Translations under genes and position numbers: made by a program
Origin: Chiloscyllium plagiosum
Lineage: Eukaryota
Direction of reading: 5' to 3'
Length of the DNA stretch: 64,000 bases
Assembly: GCF_004010195.1 (NCBI RefSeq)
Contig: NC_057719.1
Coordinates: 23,732,313-23,796,312 of the forward strand
The notes under the pieces: generated by a model
The model's input: only the letters and a program-made list of their open reading frames with translations
Database searches by the model: none
What the model was told of the DNA's origin: nothing
Shown here: positions 12,582-24,345 of the stretch, piece after piece
How the letters are laid out: every line of letters starts with the position of its first letter
How positions within the stretch are numbered: position 1 is the stretch's first letter

Positions 12582-15500
12582 AGTCATAAAGTCATAGAGA
12601 TATCCAGCATGGAAACAGACCCATCGGTAAAAACAATGACTGCAGATGCTGGAAACCAGATTCTGGATTAGTGGTGCTGGAAAAGCACGAAAAGCACAGC
12701 AGTTCAGGCAGTATCCGAGGAGCAGGAAAATCGACGTTTTGGACAAAAGCCCTTCATCAGGAGTTCCTCGGATGCTACTTGAACTGCTGTGCTTTTCCAG
12801 CACCACTAATCCAGAAACAGACCCTTCGGTCCAATCCATCCTTGTGGACCAGATATCCCATCCCATTCTACACCCACCTGCCAGCACATGGCCCATATCC
12901 CTCCAAACCCTTCCTATTCATATACCCATCCAGATGCCTTTTACATGTTGCAATTGTACCAGCCTCCACCACTTCCTCTGGCAGCTCATTCCATACACGT
13001 ACCACCCTCTGCGTGAAAATGTTGTCCCTTAGGCCTCTTTTATATCTTTCCCCTCTCACCCTCTAGTTCTGGACTCCCCATCCCAGGGAAAAGACTTTGC
13101 CTATTTATCCTATCCATGCCCCTCATAATTTTGTAAACCTCTATAAGGTCACCCCTCAGCCTCCAACACTTCAGGGAAAAATGCCCCAGCCTGTTCAGCC
13201 TCTCCCTATAACTCAAATCCTCCAACCCTGGCAACATCCTTGTAAATCTTTTCTGAACCCTTTCAAGTTTCACAACATCTTTCCGATAAGAAGGAGACCA
13301 GAATTGCACGCAATTTTCCAACAGTGGCCTAACCAATGTCCTGTACAGCCGCAACATGACCTCCCAACTCCTGTACTCAATACTCTGACCAATAAACGAA
13401 AGCATACCAAATGCCTTCTTCACTCTCCTATCTACCTGCGACTCCAGTTTCAAGGAGCTATGAACCTGCACTCCAAGGTCTCTTTGTTCAGCAACACTCC
13501 CTAGGACCTTACCATTAAGTGTATAAGTCCAGCTAAGATTTGCTTTCCCAAAATGCAGCACCTCGCATTTATCTGAATTAAACTCCATCTGCTACTTCTC
13601 AGCCCATTGGCCCATCTGGTCAAGATCCTGTTGAAATCTAACATAACCTTCTTCACCGTCCACGACACCTCCAATTTTGGTGTCATCTGCAAATTTACTA
13701 ACTGTACCTCTTATTCTCGCATCCAAATCATTTATGTAAATGGCGAAATGTACAGGACCCAGCACCGATCCTTGTGGCACTCCATTGGTCACAGGCCTCC
13801 AGTCTGAAAAACAACCCTCCACCAACACCCTCTGTCTTCTACCTTTGAGCCAGTTCTGTGTCCAAATGGCTAGTTCTCTGTGTATTCCATGAGATCTAAC
13901 CTTGCTAACCAGTCTCTCATGGGGAACCTTGTTGAACGCCTTACTGAAGGCCATATAGATCACATCAACCACGCTGCCCTCATCAATCCTCATTGTTATT
14001 TCTTCAAAAAACTCAATCAAGTTTGTGAGATATGATTTCCCACACACAAAGCCATGTTGACTATCCCTAATCAGTCCTTGCCTTTCCAAATAATGTACAT
14101 CCTGTCCCTCAGGATTCCCTCCAACAACTTGCCCACCACCAATGTCAGGCTCACTGGTCTATAGTTCTCTGGCTTGTCCTTACTACCTTTCTTAAACTGT
14201 GGCACCACATTAGCCAACTTCCAGTCTTCTGGCACCTTACCTGTGGCTATCAATGATACAAATATCTTAGCAAGAGGCCCAGCAATCATTTCTCTAGCTT
14301 CCCACAGAGTTCTAGGGTACACCTGATCAGGTCTTGGGATTTATCCACCTTTATGCGTTTCAAGACTTCCAGCACTTTCTCCTCTGTAATCTGGACATTT
14401 TTCAAGGTGTCACCATGTATTTCTCGACAGTCTATATCTTCCCTATCCTTTTCCACAGTAAATGCTGATGCAAAATACTCATTTAGTATCTCCCCCATTT
14501 TCTGTGGCTCCACACAAAGGCCGCCTTGCTGATCTTTGAGGGGCTGTATTCTCTCCCTTGTTACCCTTTTGTCCTTAATGTATTTGTAAAAACCTTTTCG
14601 ATTCTTCTTAATTCAATTTGCCAAAGCTATCTCATGTCCCCTTTTTGCCCTCCTGATTTCCCTCTTAAGTATACTCCTACTGCCTTTACACTCTTCTAAG
14701 AATTCACTTGATCTATCCTGTCTATACCTGACATATGCTTCCTTCTTTTTCTTAAGCAAACCTTCAATTTCTTTAGTTATCCAGCATTCCCTGTACCTAC
14801 CTGCCTTCCCTTTCATCCTAACAGGAATATACTTCCTCTGGATTCTCGTTATCGCATTTCTGAAGGCTTCCCATTTTCCAACCATCTCTTTACCTGTGAC
14901 CATCTGCCCCCAATCAGCTTTTGAAAGTTCTTGCCTAATACCATCAAAATTAGCCTTTCTCCAATTTAGAACTTCAACTTTTAGATATGGTCTATCCTCT
15001 TCCATCACTATTTTAAATCTAATAGAATTATGGCCGCTGGCCCCAAAGTGCTCCCCCACCTCAGTCACCTGCCCTGCCTTATTTCCCAAGAGTAGGTCAA
15101 GTTTTACACCTTCTCGAGCAGGTACATCCACATACTGAATCAAAATATTGTCTTGTACACACTTAACAAATTCCTCTCCATCTAAACCCTTAACACTATG
15201 GCAGTCCCAGTCTATGTTTGGAAAATTAAAATCCCCGACCATAACCACCTTATTATTTTTACAGATAGCTGAGATCACCTTACAAGTTTGTTTCTCAACT
15301 TCCCTCTTACTGCTATAGGGTGTATAATACAATCTCAATAAGGTGATCATCCCTTTCTTATTTCTCAGTTACACCCAAATATCTTCCCTGGATGTATTTC
15401 TGGGAATATCCTCCCTCAGCACAGCTATAATGCTATCCCTTATCAAAAATGCCACTCCCCCTCCTCTCTTTCCTCCCTTTCTCTCCTTCCTGTAGCATGT

Positions 15501-15643
15501 GGAACATTAAGCTGCCAGTCTTGCCCATCCCTGAGCCATGTTCCTGTAATTGCTATGATACCCCAGTCCCATGTTCCTAACCATGCCCTGAGTTCATCTG
15601 CCTTCCCTGTTAGGCCCCTTGCATTGAAATAAGTGCAGTTTAA
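12582..15643 (-). mobile_element. CR1 LINE, about 3.1 kb, covering most of ORF2 (APE endonuclease plus RT), frameshifted
   Basis: MVGDFNFPNIDW and LDLLL (endonuclease); [32 protein letters not shown] (RT); (ctatgact)n-like tail at 12582. Confidence 0.96.
12629..12813 (-). mobile_element. PLE pLTR fold-back mini-insertion inside the CR1 3' UTR
   Basis: 17-bp TSD gaaacagaccc(a/t)tcggt at 12612-12628 and 12814-12830; inverted arms; hammerhead motif 12733-12760 on the minus strand. Confidence 0.88.
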
Positions 15644-15912
15644 TCAATTGAATTGCTGTAGGTCTGGAGTCATATGTAGGCCAAGCTAGGTCAGAAGAAT
15701 ATTTCCTTCCTGACAGAACATTACTGAACCAGATGGGGATTGTCAACAGTGTTTACATGGTCGCCATTAGGTCAGCTCTTTATTCCAGAATTGTTTTATT
15801 GAATTCAAATTTCACAATCTACCATTGTGAGATTTTTCCTATGTTCCCAGAAAATTGGCTGAAGGTTCTGGATTGCTGTTCTAGTGACATTACTGCTCAT
15901 TCACCATCTCCT
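15644..15912 (-). mobile_element. tRNA-derived SINE with LINE-like tail, split by the CR1 (tail part at about 12510-12581)
   Basis: Reverse complement of the family at 42398-42745; sequence resumes across the CR1 (gagggcagtaaaagtca / attgctgtaggtctggagtca). Confidence 0.8.
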
Positions 15913-16515
15913 CAAGGTATCCCACATGTTGTTAATGGAGCAGACCATCATAGACACCTTGAGATTGTTGTTATAAATTTTCTTAGGCTTCCTTATGAAT
16001 GAGCTTCCTGGCCTACCTCTGGATAGAGCATTTGTTTGGGCATAATTGAGTGAGGCATTCAAACAACATGGCCAGTTTATCTCAGCTAATATGAGCATAT
16101 TGTGGCCTCTAGACCTGACGTTGTATTTTGGGGGATACTCATGTTTGTTTTTATGTCTTTCCAGAAGATTCACAAATTTCTTGCAATGCTTTTCTTGGAC
16201 AATAATGTATTAAAGCTATGTTGATGCTGTAACACCATTGAAAACCCATAGAGAGAACCACAGCCGATGGACTTTGAGGACAGTGTCAGGTTTGATATCA
16301 TTATTCCTGAAACTTTGATAATGCTATTTACCTTAGCCTGAGTTAGCACATTGGATTCACAGGTCGATATCATGGAAGTTATCTATAACAAAATATTATT
16401 ACAGAACAGTTCTGCACAAGATCTGTTCATAACAATAAGTTTGTGTAGTGAGATTGATCTTAGTTGTAAGTATTTTGTTGCATTACATATGTAATTAATT
16501 AATAAGCATTGATGC

Positions 16516-16731
16516 GTGTGGTGCAGGAAAAGCACAGCAAATCAGGCAGCATCCGAGGAGCAGGAGAATCGCATTTCAGGCATAAGCTCTTTTTCAGGAA
16601 TGAAGCTTGTGGGCCGGAGGGGCCCATAATGTCGATTCTCCTGCTCCTCGAATGCTGCCTGTCCTCCTGTGCTTTTCCAGCACCACACTCTCGACTCTGA
16701 TCACCAGCATCTGCAATCCTCACTTTCTCTT
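16516..16731 (+). mobile_element. PLE pLTR fold-back mini-insertion
   Basis: 11-bp TSD agcattgatgc at 16505-16515 and 16732-16742; inverted arms gtggtgcaggaaaagcacag / ctgtgcttttccagcaccac. Confidence 0.87.
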
Positions 16732-16850
16732 AGCATTGATGCATCCATTTGACAGCAGGGGAGTTTCTTGATGTGTTGCAGTCCTTCCATCACAAAATTT
16801 TAATATATTTATATAAGCTCCTCCAAGTGAAGTGAACATTGTGTTCATTC

Positions 16851-17055
16851 AGGTAAAAACAAGGACTGCAGATGCTGGAAACCAGAGTCTAGATTAGAGT
16901 GGTGCTGGAAAAGCACAGCAGGTCAGGCAGCATCCGAGGAGCAGGAAAATCGACGTTTCGAGCAAAAGCCTTTCATCTGGAATAGAAACATCGATTTTCC
17001 TGCTCCTCGGATGCTGCCTGATCTGCTGTGCTTTTCCAGCACCACTCTAATCTAG
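16851..17055 (-). mobile_element. PLE pLTR fold-back mini-insertion with 72-bp near-perfect arms
   Basis: 13-bp TSD attgtgttcattc at 16838-16850 and 17056-17068; arms 16888-16959 and 16985-17056; hammerhead motif 16952-16979 on the minus strand. Confidence 0.9.
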
Positions 17056-18251
17056 ATTGTGTTCATTCTGCAAATCCTAATTGGTAGAGTAGTAAAGAAT
17101 GGCTAATTCACAATCACCATTATCCTGCCATCTCAGTGACTTCCTGACCTGCATCCTCTTAAAGTTTTTTTCCAACCTTTATTCTTCCTCCATTTATTCT
17201 CTATTTTTCTTCCTCAACCTCTCATTGCTGTTTCTCCATAGACAACACATGTAAGGATTTATACTTCCAGTCATGAGGAAGGTCATGGACACTCAGAATG
17301 TCCCATCCCAGGAGACACTCTTTATTGGTCCTTTAAAACTAATGACTAAGCTTGTTCAACAGCCTTCTACCCATCTACTTGGCACTCTGCAAATTCTGGA
17401 TAGGTCTTTCATAGATGCAGTATTTGGGCAGTTATTCAAATGATCCTTTCGCTGGCAGTCTGACATTAGTGGTGAGAGGCCCAGTCCACTTTACCAGTGG
17501 TGCCTTATTGGCATTTGGTCAGTGTAGTAAAAGAATCTGTCAGAATATTTTCTGAATAAACCTGGCCCGTTTTGGCATTTTGACCAATACTTTGGATTGA
17601 TTGTGTTTATCGAGACCCTTTAACAACACCTTCCATTCTAACACATAACAAAACATTGTAAGATGCTTTAAAAGGGGTGCAGTGGACATCAAAAATAAAG
17701 GGAGAAACCAAAATCATAATAAAGGCTAAATATTCCCGAATGCATCAAAGATAGGGAAGCAAAGAAATGGACAGCGATGGACGTATTGATTCAAAGCTAT
17801 TACAATATTGGAGAGAGAGGGCACTGATGAAGAGTCAAGGACAGAATCAATATGATTAGTGGTAAGAAACAATTGAAAGTACAATTTTATTGCAAGATGT
17901 AATCCATAGGATACCAATTGGTGTGAAAGGTATAGATGCACAACTTTTGAAGGAAATTACAGAGACTGTTGTCAAATGATTATAGAATAGTTGCAATTAT
18001 CCTAATATTGAGCATGACATCATAGGGTAGAGGGCAAAAAATGCCTGAAGTGTGTTCAAGAGAATTTTCTGGACCTGGATATTTCTGAACTGATGAGGAA
18101 GCATCCTGAAGCAAACATAAAAGTCAATCTAATCGCCTTCTACAGCCAACCCTCAGTTAATCAATTTTCTGATCTTCTGCTACATTTTCTCTTAGAGGAA
18201 CAAGCTATGGGCTCCCTTCCTTCCACAGCTAACTCTATCACTTCAAGTAGT

Positions 18252-18565
18252 TCATGAAACCTTACAGTGTGGAAGCAGGCCATTCAAACTATCAAGACCA
18301 CACCATCCCTCTGAAGTACATCCTATCCCTGCAACCCTGCATTAACCATGGCTAGTTCACCTAGCCTTCACATCCCTGAACACCATGTGACAATTTATTA
18401 TAACCATTCCATCTAACTTTGGATTGTGGGAGGAAAGCAGAAGACCTGGTGGAAACCCATGGGGAGAATGTGCAAGCTTTACACAGACATTTGCCCGAGC
18501 CTGGAATTGAAGCCGATTCCCTAGCGCTGTGAGGCAGCAGTGCTGACCACTGAGCCACCGTGCCA
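18252..18565 (-). mobile_element. HE1/V-SINE-type SINE
   Basis: gtgaggcagcagtgctgaccactgagccaccgtgcc head and ggggagaatgtgcaagct core in reverse orientation. Confidence 0.88.
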
Positions 18566-18654
18566 CTCCAAAGTTGATTTAGTTCTTCGAATTGCTGCCA
18601 ACCACAAAGAACAAAGTATGATTTACACTTATGTAAAATTCTTTTCTATTGTTC

Positions 18655-19770
18655 ATTTTGTGGGACACGGTGTCACTGGCTGACCAGCATTTATTATTTG
18701 TGCTTAATTGACCTTGAGAAGGTAGTAGTGAGCTGCCTGCTTGAACCGCTGCAGTCCACCTGCTGTGGGTTGACCCACAATGCCATTAGAGAGAATTCCA
18801 GGATTTTGACCCAGTGACAGAAAAGGAATAGTGATATATTTCCAAGTCAGAATGGTGAGTGGCTTGGAGGGGAAATTGAAGATGGTGGTGTTCTCCTCTA
18901 TCTGCTGCCCTTGTCCTTCTAGATAAAAGTGGTCATGGGTTTGGAAGGTGCCGTCTGAGGATCTTTGGTGAACTTCTGCAGTGCATCTTGTAGATATGAA
19001 CACTGCTGCTACTGAGCATTGGTGGTGGAGGGAATGGATGCCGGTGGATGTAGTGCCAATCAAGTGGGTTGCTTTGTCCTGGATGGTGTCAAGCTTCTTG
19101 AGTGTTATTACTTTGGTAGTTACTGTGTTTATTTGGTGAGTCTAATTACACTCCTGGTCAATGATAACCCTCAAAATGTTGATAGTAAGGGATTCAGTAA
19201 TGGTAACATAAGGGAATATCAAGAAATGATGGTTAGATTGTCTCTTATTGGTTATGGCAATAGCCTAGCATTTGTATGGCACAAATGTTACTTGTCAGTT
19301 GTCAACCCAAGCCGGGATATTGTTCAGATCTCATTGCATTTGAATGTGGGCTACTTCAGTGTCTGAGGAGTCATGAATGGTGGTGAACATTGTGCAATCA
19401 TCTATGAAAATCCCCACTTCTGACATTATGATGGAGGGAAGGCCATTAATGAAGCAGCTGAAGATGCCTGGGCCTGGAACATTACCCTGAGGAACTCCTG
19501 CAGAGATGTCCTGGAACTGGGATGACTGACCTCCAACAACCATGGTCATCCTCCTTTGTGCAAGGTATGACCTCAACCACTGGACAGTTTGCCCCTGCTA
19601 CCAATCAATCCCAATTTTGCCAGGGCTCTTTGACGCTACACTCAGTCGAATACAGCCTTGATGTCAAAGGTTGTTACTCTCACCTCACCTCTGGAATTCA
19701 GCTCTTTTGTCCATGTTTGAACCAAGGCTGTAATAATGTCAGGAGCTGAGTTGCCCTAGCGGAATCTAAA
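18655..19770 (-). mobile_element. CR1/L2-type LINE 3' portion (second LINE family)
   Basis: ISAGVPQGNVPGPGIFSCFINGLPSII..IFIDDCTMF; IHSLHHQCSVAA; tail shared with a SINE family. Confidence 0.88.
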
Positions 19771-19774
19771 CTTT

Positions 19775-20120
19775 TGACAGCCATACAATGCTTCACAGTC
19801 AATGAAGTCCTTCTAAAGTATAGTTGCTGTTCTAATGTAAGGCTATTGGCAGGCAATTTGCACATAGCAAAGTCATACACATATGAACATGATGACAATC
19901 AGATAATTGGTGTCACTGATGTTGCATGTGGGTGAAGGTACCAGGTATAACTCTACTGTTCTTTTCAAAATAATGTGATGGGATCATTTCACTTAAGACC
20001 ACATATGAATCCTCGGTTTAATACTCAGTTTGAAAGATGACAACTAAGACAGCACAACATGCCCCCAGACTGCAAATATATTTCAGCCTTGATTCTTTAT
20101 GCTTGAGTCCTGAAATGGAG
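19775..20120 (-). mobile_element. Deu-domain SINE (SacSINE1/AmnSINE1-like), old
   Basis: Reverse complement resembles the recalled Deu domain (gtcatctttcaaactgagtattaaaccgagg, gatcccatcacattattttgaaaagaacag, tgtgcaaattgcctgcc). Confidence 0.7.
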
Positions 20121-20767
20121 CACTTCTCTGTAATTACTTTAGAAATGTGTTCATCTATATCCTTCATACTAGGTGGTGTCCGATAGGATATGCCTAATAA
20201 TGAAAAATTGCACTTCAGCTATTTCTTAACTACTCTAACCATGTAGATTCAGTCCTTGTCCCCTTGAGGAGTTATCTCTTAATATGCATTTCCAGCACTC
20301 CCAGCCTTCTTTCCTTCACTAACTTTCTTGCTGCCAGTAATATTTAGCACCTATCCTGCCCTATCCTGTCTCTATTATCACCATAACATCATGCCTGCAC
20401 TTGGCTGTCTGTGCCTGCAGCTTACCAATCTTATTTAACATGCTCTGTTCACAAAAACCTATTTAAGACGTAATTGCATTTCATATTAACCTGCCTCAGA
20501 GGTGAGATTTTTACACATCATAATTAAATATTCATCCTGACAAATTTAGCAGTTTGAGAAATATGAAATGATCATCTTTTATCATTGTTTTTGAACCATA
20601 TTTTGATGCTTTACTTTTGTTTTGTTGCTGTAACTATTCTATTGAGTTATCCATGGCAAACTCAAGCACAGTGATCATTTTGAGCTGTATGTTCAAAATT
20701 GTTAAACGGAATTAACACTTCACTTGAAAATGCAGAAGTTATGGTCCAAAACTATTTAAATATTTAG

Positions 20768-21760
20768 ATCATAGAACAGTATATAACAATAACAGGCCCT
20801 TCGGCCCACCATGTCTGTCCCAACCGTAATGCCATTTTAAACCAATCCCATCTGCCTAAACATGGTGCATATTCCTTGCCTGTTCATATGCCTGTCTAAA
20901 TGTCTCTTAAATGTTGCTACTGTATCTGCTTTCGCCACCTTCCCAGCAGCATGTTCCAAGCATTTGTGTAAAAGACTTGCTTTGCACATCTCCATTAAAC
21001 TTCTCTCTCTCACTTTAAAACTATGACCCAAAGTATTTGACATTTCCACCTGGGAAACTCCCTGTCCTCTAACCATGCCTCTCATAATTTTATATACTTC
21101 TACCAGGTCACACTTCAGCCTCCATCAGGCAACAGGAGGCACAAACCAAGGTTATCTAACCTTTCCTTATAGTTAACATACTCCAATCCAGGCAACATCC
21201 TGGTAAAAACCTTTTGCATCCTCTGCAAGTCTTCCATTTCCTTTCTATAGTCCAGGAACCAGAATTGCACACAATACTCCAAATGTGGCTGAACTGAAGT
21301 TTTATACAGCTGCAACATAACTTTCAAATTCTAGACTCAACTGATGAAGACAAGCATTCCCAAGTCTTCTTTACTAACCTATCCAATTGTGTTTCCACTT
21401 CCAGGGAGCTATGGACTTGCATCCCAAGATCCCCCTGTGTATCAATGCTTGTAAGGGTCCTGCTATTTACTGTAAATTTTCCTCTTGCATTTCACCTCCC
21501 AAAGTGCATTTCTCTGCCCAGCCTTCTAGCAGATCTTATATCCTGTTGTATTCTATGGCAAACTTCCTCACTATCCACAACTCCACCAATTATTGTATTA
21601 TCTGAAAACTTTCTAATCAGATCACCTACATTTTCATTCAAATCATTCATACGCATATCAAACAGAGCTCTCAGCATTGATCTTTGCAGAACACCACTGG
21701 TCACAGATCTCCAGTCAGAAAAAGACCCTGCCACAACTACCTTCCGTCTTCTGTCTTTGA
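20768..21760 (-). mobile_element. CR1 LINE 3' fragment (RT)
   Basis: [38 protein letters not shown]. Confidence 0.9.
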
Positions 21761-21789
21761 CATCTCTCCAACATGCTGGAAACAATAAA

Positions 21790-23050
21790 ATCCTGGAATG
21801 TTAAGCTGCTGGTCCTGCCCTTCTCTAAATCCAGTTTCTGTAATGGCTAGAACATCGTAATTCCACGTACTAGTCCAGGCTCCAAGCCCGGTAAAAACAA
21901 TGACTGCAGATGCTGGAAACCAGATTCTGGATCAGTGGTGCTGGAAGAACACAGCAATTCAGGCAGCATCCGAAAAGCTTCGAAATCGACGTTTCGGGTC
22001 CTGATGAAAGGCTCCAAGCCCACCTACCTTACTGTCATACTCTTTGCAATGAAATAAGTAAACTGCAGACTTCATTAACCTTACTCTGTCTATTCTTCCT
22101 ATTAGACTCACATGATTTAACCTTTACCTTCTCCTCAATCACCCAACATGCTGACCTACTGCTCTGCTTCCCATCCCTGTCACATGGGTTTAGACCTTCC
22201 TGAGCAGCACAGGCAAACCTCCATGCAAGGATATGGGTGCTCCTTCACTTTAAGTGCAACCCATCCTCTTGTACAGGTCTCCCCTGTCCTGAAGAGATCC
22301 CAATGATCCCTTATCTGAAGCCCTCCCTCCCATCCTGCTGTTTATCTACATTTGCAACTGCATTATCTTCCTATTTCTGCCCTCAATGCACGTGGAACAG
22401 AGAATAATCCCCAGATTACATGCTGAAAGGTCTTGCTTTTCAACTTTCTACCTAACTTCTAAATTTCCTTTGCAGGACCTCATCTCTCTTCCTGTCTATG
22501 TCATTAGTAAGAATATTGGGTCACAATCTCTGGCTACTCACTTTCCCCTTTCAGAATGTGCTGTTCCTGTTCATAGACATCCTTCAGCATGACAGAAGGA
22601 GGCAACACATCATCCCTGAGACACAGAAACACCCATCTCTACCTCTGAATATCGAGTCCTCCATCACTACTGCTCACATACACTTTGAACCTCTTCTGTA
22701 CAATAGAGTCAACAGTAGTGTCACTGATCTGCCTGCTGTTGTTGCTTTCCCCTCAGAAGTACGATTGTTTGAGAGGGAAATAGTTACAAGGGACTCTTGC
22801 ACGACCTGCCTTCCCTCTTGATGGTCACCCATCTATCTGGCTGAACCTTTGGTGTAACCACATCTGTGCAACTCCTAACTATAAAACTGTCTGCATCCTG
22901 TATGCTCCTCAGTGAATCCAGTTGCCATTCCAATGGATCTATGCAGTCTGAGAGGAGTTGCAGGTGGACAACCATCATGCAGACATGGCTGTCAGGGACA
23001 TTTGACTTCTTCGTGATCTCCATATCTCACAGGAGGACAATACTACTCCA
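21790..23050 (-). mobile_element. CR1 LINE ORF1 remnant (esterase-type) and start of ORF2
   Basis: HVCMMVVHLQLLSDCIDPLEWQLDSLRSIQDADSFIVRS..DVVTPKVQ..RWVT parallels ORF1 at 27590-27800. Confidence 0.7.
21890..22008 (-). mobile_element. PLE pLTR mini-insertion
   Basis: 13-bp TSD aggctccaagccc at 21877-21889 and 22009-22021; same terminus ggtaaaaacaatgactgcagatgctgg as the 12629 copy. Confidence 0.88.
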
Positions 23051-24345
23051 CTAATTGCCATTACTATCCCTCCAGTACTTACTGGATTAAAAAAGGAGGA
23101 AAGACCTTATCTTGCCGTAACTTAATGTCACTCATCCGACTCAGCACAGCCGAATGCTCACCCACCCTCTGTTTCTAATACTTCTCATCATAACTATTCA
23201 TCAATATCTCCCAAGCTCAGCTAATAGGTGTAAACATAAATCATGGAGATTCAGCTGATGAATATGCTGTTGATAGGAGTCTGTGCATCATTTCAAATCG
23301 AGACCTACCAGATGGTAATCTCAGATCTGTCAGCACATCCATAATATTATTGTTGAGAACTAATGTGCAGTTATTTTACTGAACACATCTGCTTGCATGA
23401 CTATTGAAAGAGCTAAAATTCAGTTCTGACAATTTACATGTCACACAAGCAATATAAAACCAATCTAATATCTCCTTGGGAGTGCTAATTACATTTCCTT
23501 GTAACAAGCAACCCAAGCCAACATTTTAAGGAATGATTTATAGCTCATTCAGATGGTTTTACAAGGCCATTTTCAATTGTCAGTAGTTATGTTTTACACA
23601 ACAATTGATACCAGGCTCCATTGTCACCCTGCAGCAATTATTAACCTCTCCCATATGTGTCCATGTCATGCTAGTCACAGCTACTTACACATATATCTCA
23701 TTCCAATCCACTTTTGCGGGCAGGGTTTAACATTCGAAAATGACTTTGATTTTGTTTCATCCAGCAAATTTATATTATTCTTGAAACTCATTAAGTTTAT
23801 TTTTCTGTAACAAAATACTATATATGGCTGTATACTTCTAACTAATAAAGCAGTAAAAAATGTATTATATATTAAGTCAGGATAAACAATCCAGAAAGCC
23901 ATATAATACTGTTTGTCTTTATGTTTGTGACTACCCCTCTCTGCCAAATGTCTGTTGATGTCACTGTTTGATTTTTCTATAACAGTGCTTCTTATAATGC
24001 TGAGGTTTGTGAAGCTGGTAATAACATATTGAGAATCCTTCTTCAAAGTTTAATTTTAATAAAACAAATGACTAAAAAACATTTTCACAGTTGCAATGCA
24101 CACACATCATTATTCAAGTGAACAGGTATAAACAGTGTAAGCTATGTCTCAGTTCTAATGTGCTTGGGTTTGTATAGCATTCAAAACCTCAGCATCGGAA
24201 TATCACTTCTAATACTGCGAATTCAGTTAGAATGGCATGAGATGCTAAATAGTTCCAATGATTAGAGGTAGGAACGTGACTGCTACTAACTTATTGTGAT
24301 GACTTAGATTCAGAAACTTGACTGATGTGTTGTCCATTCCTAGGG

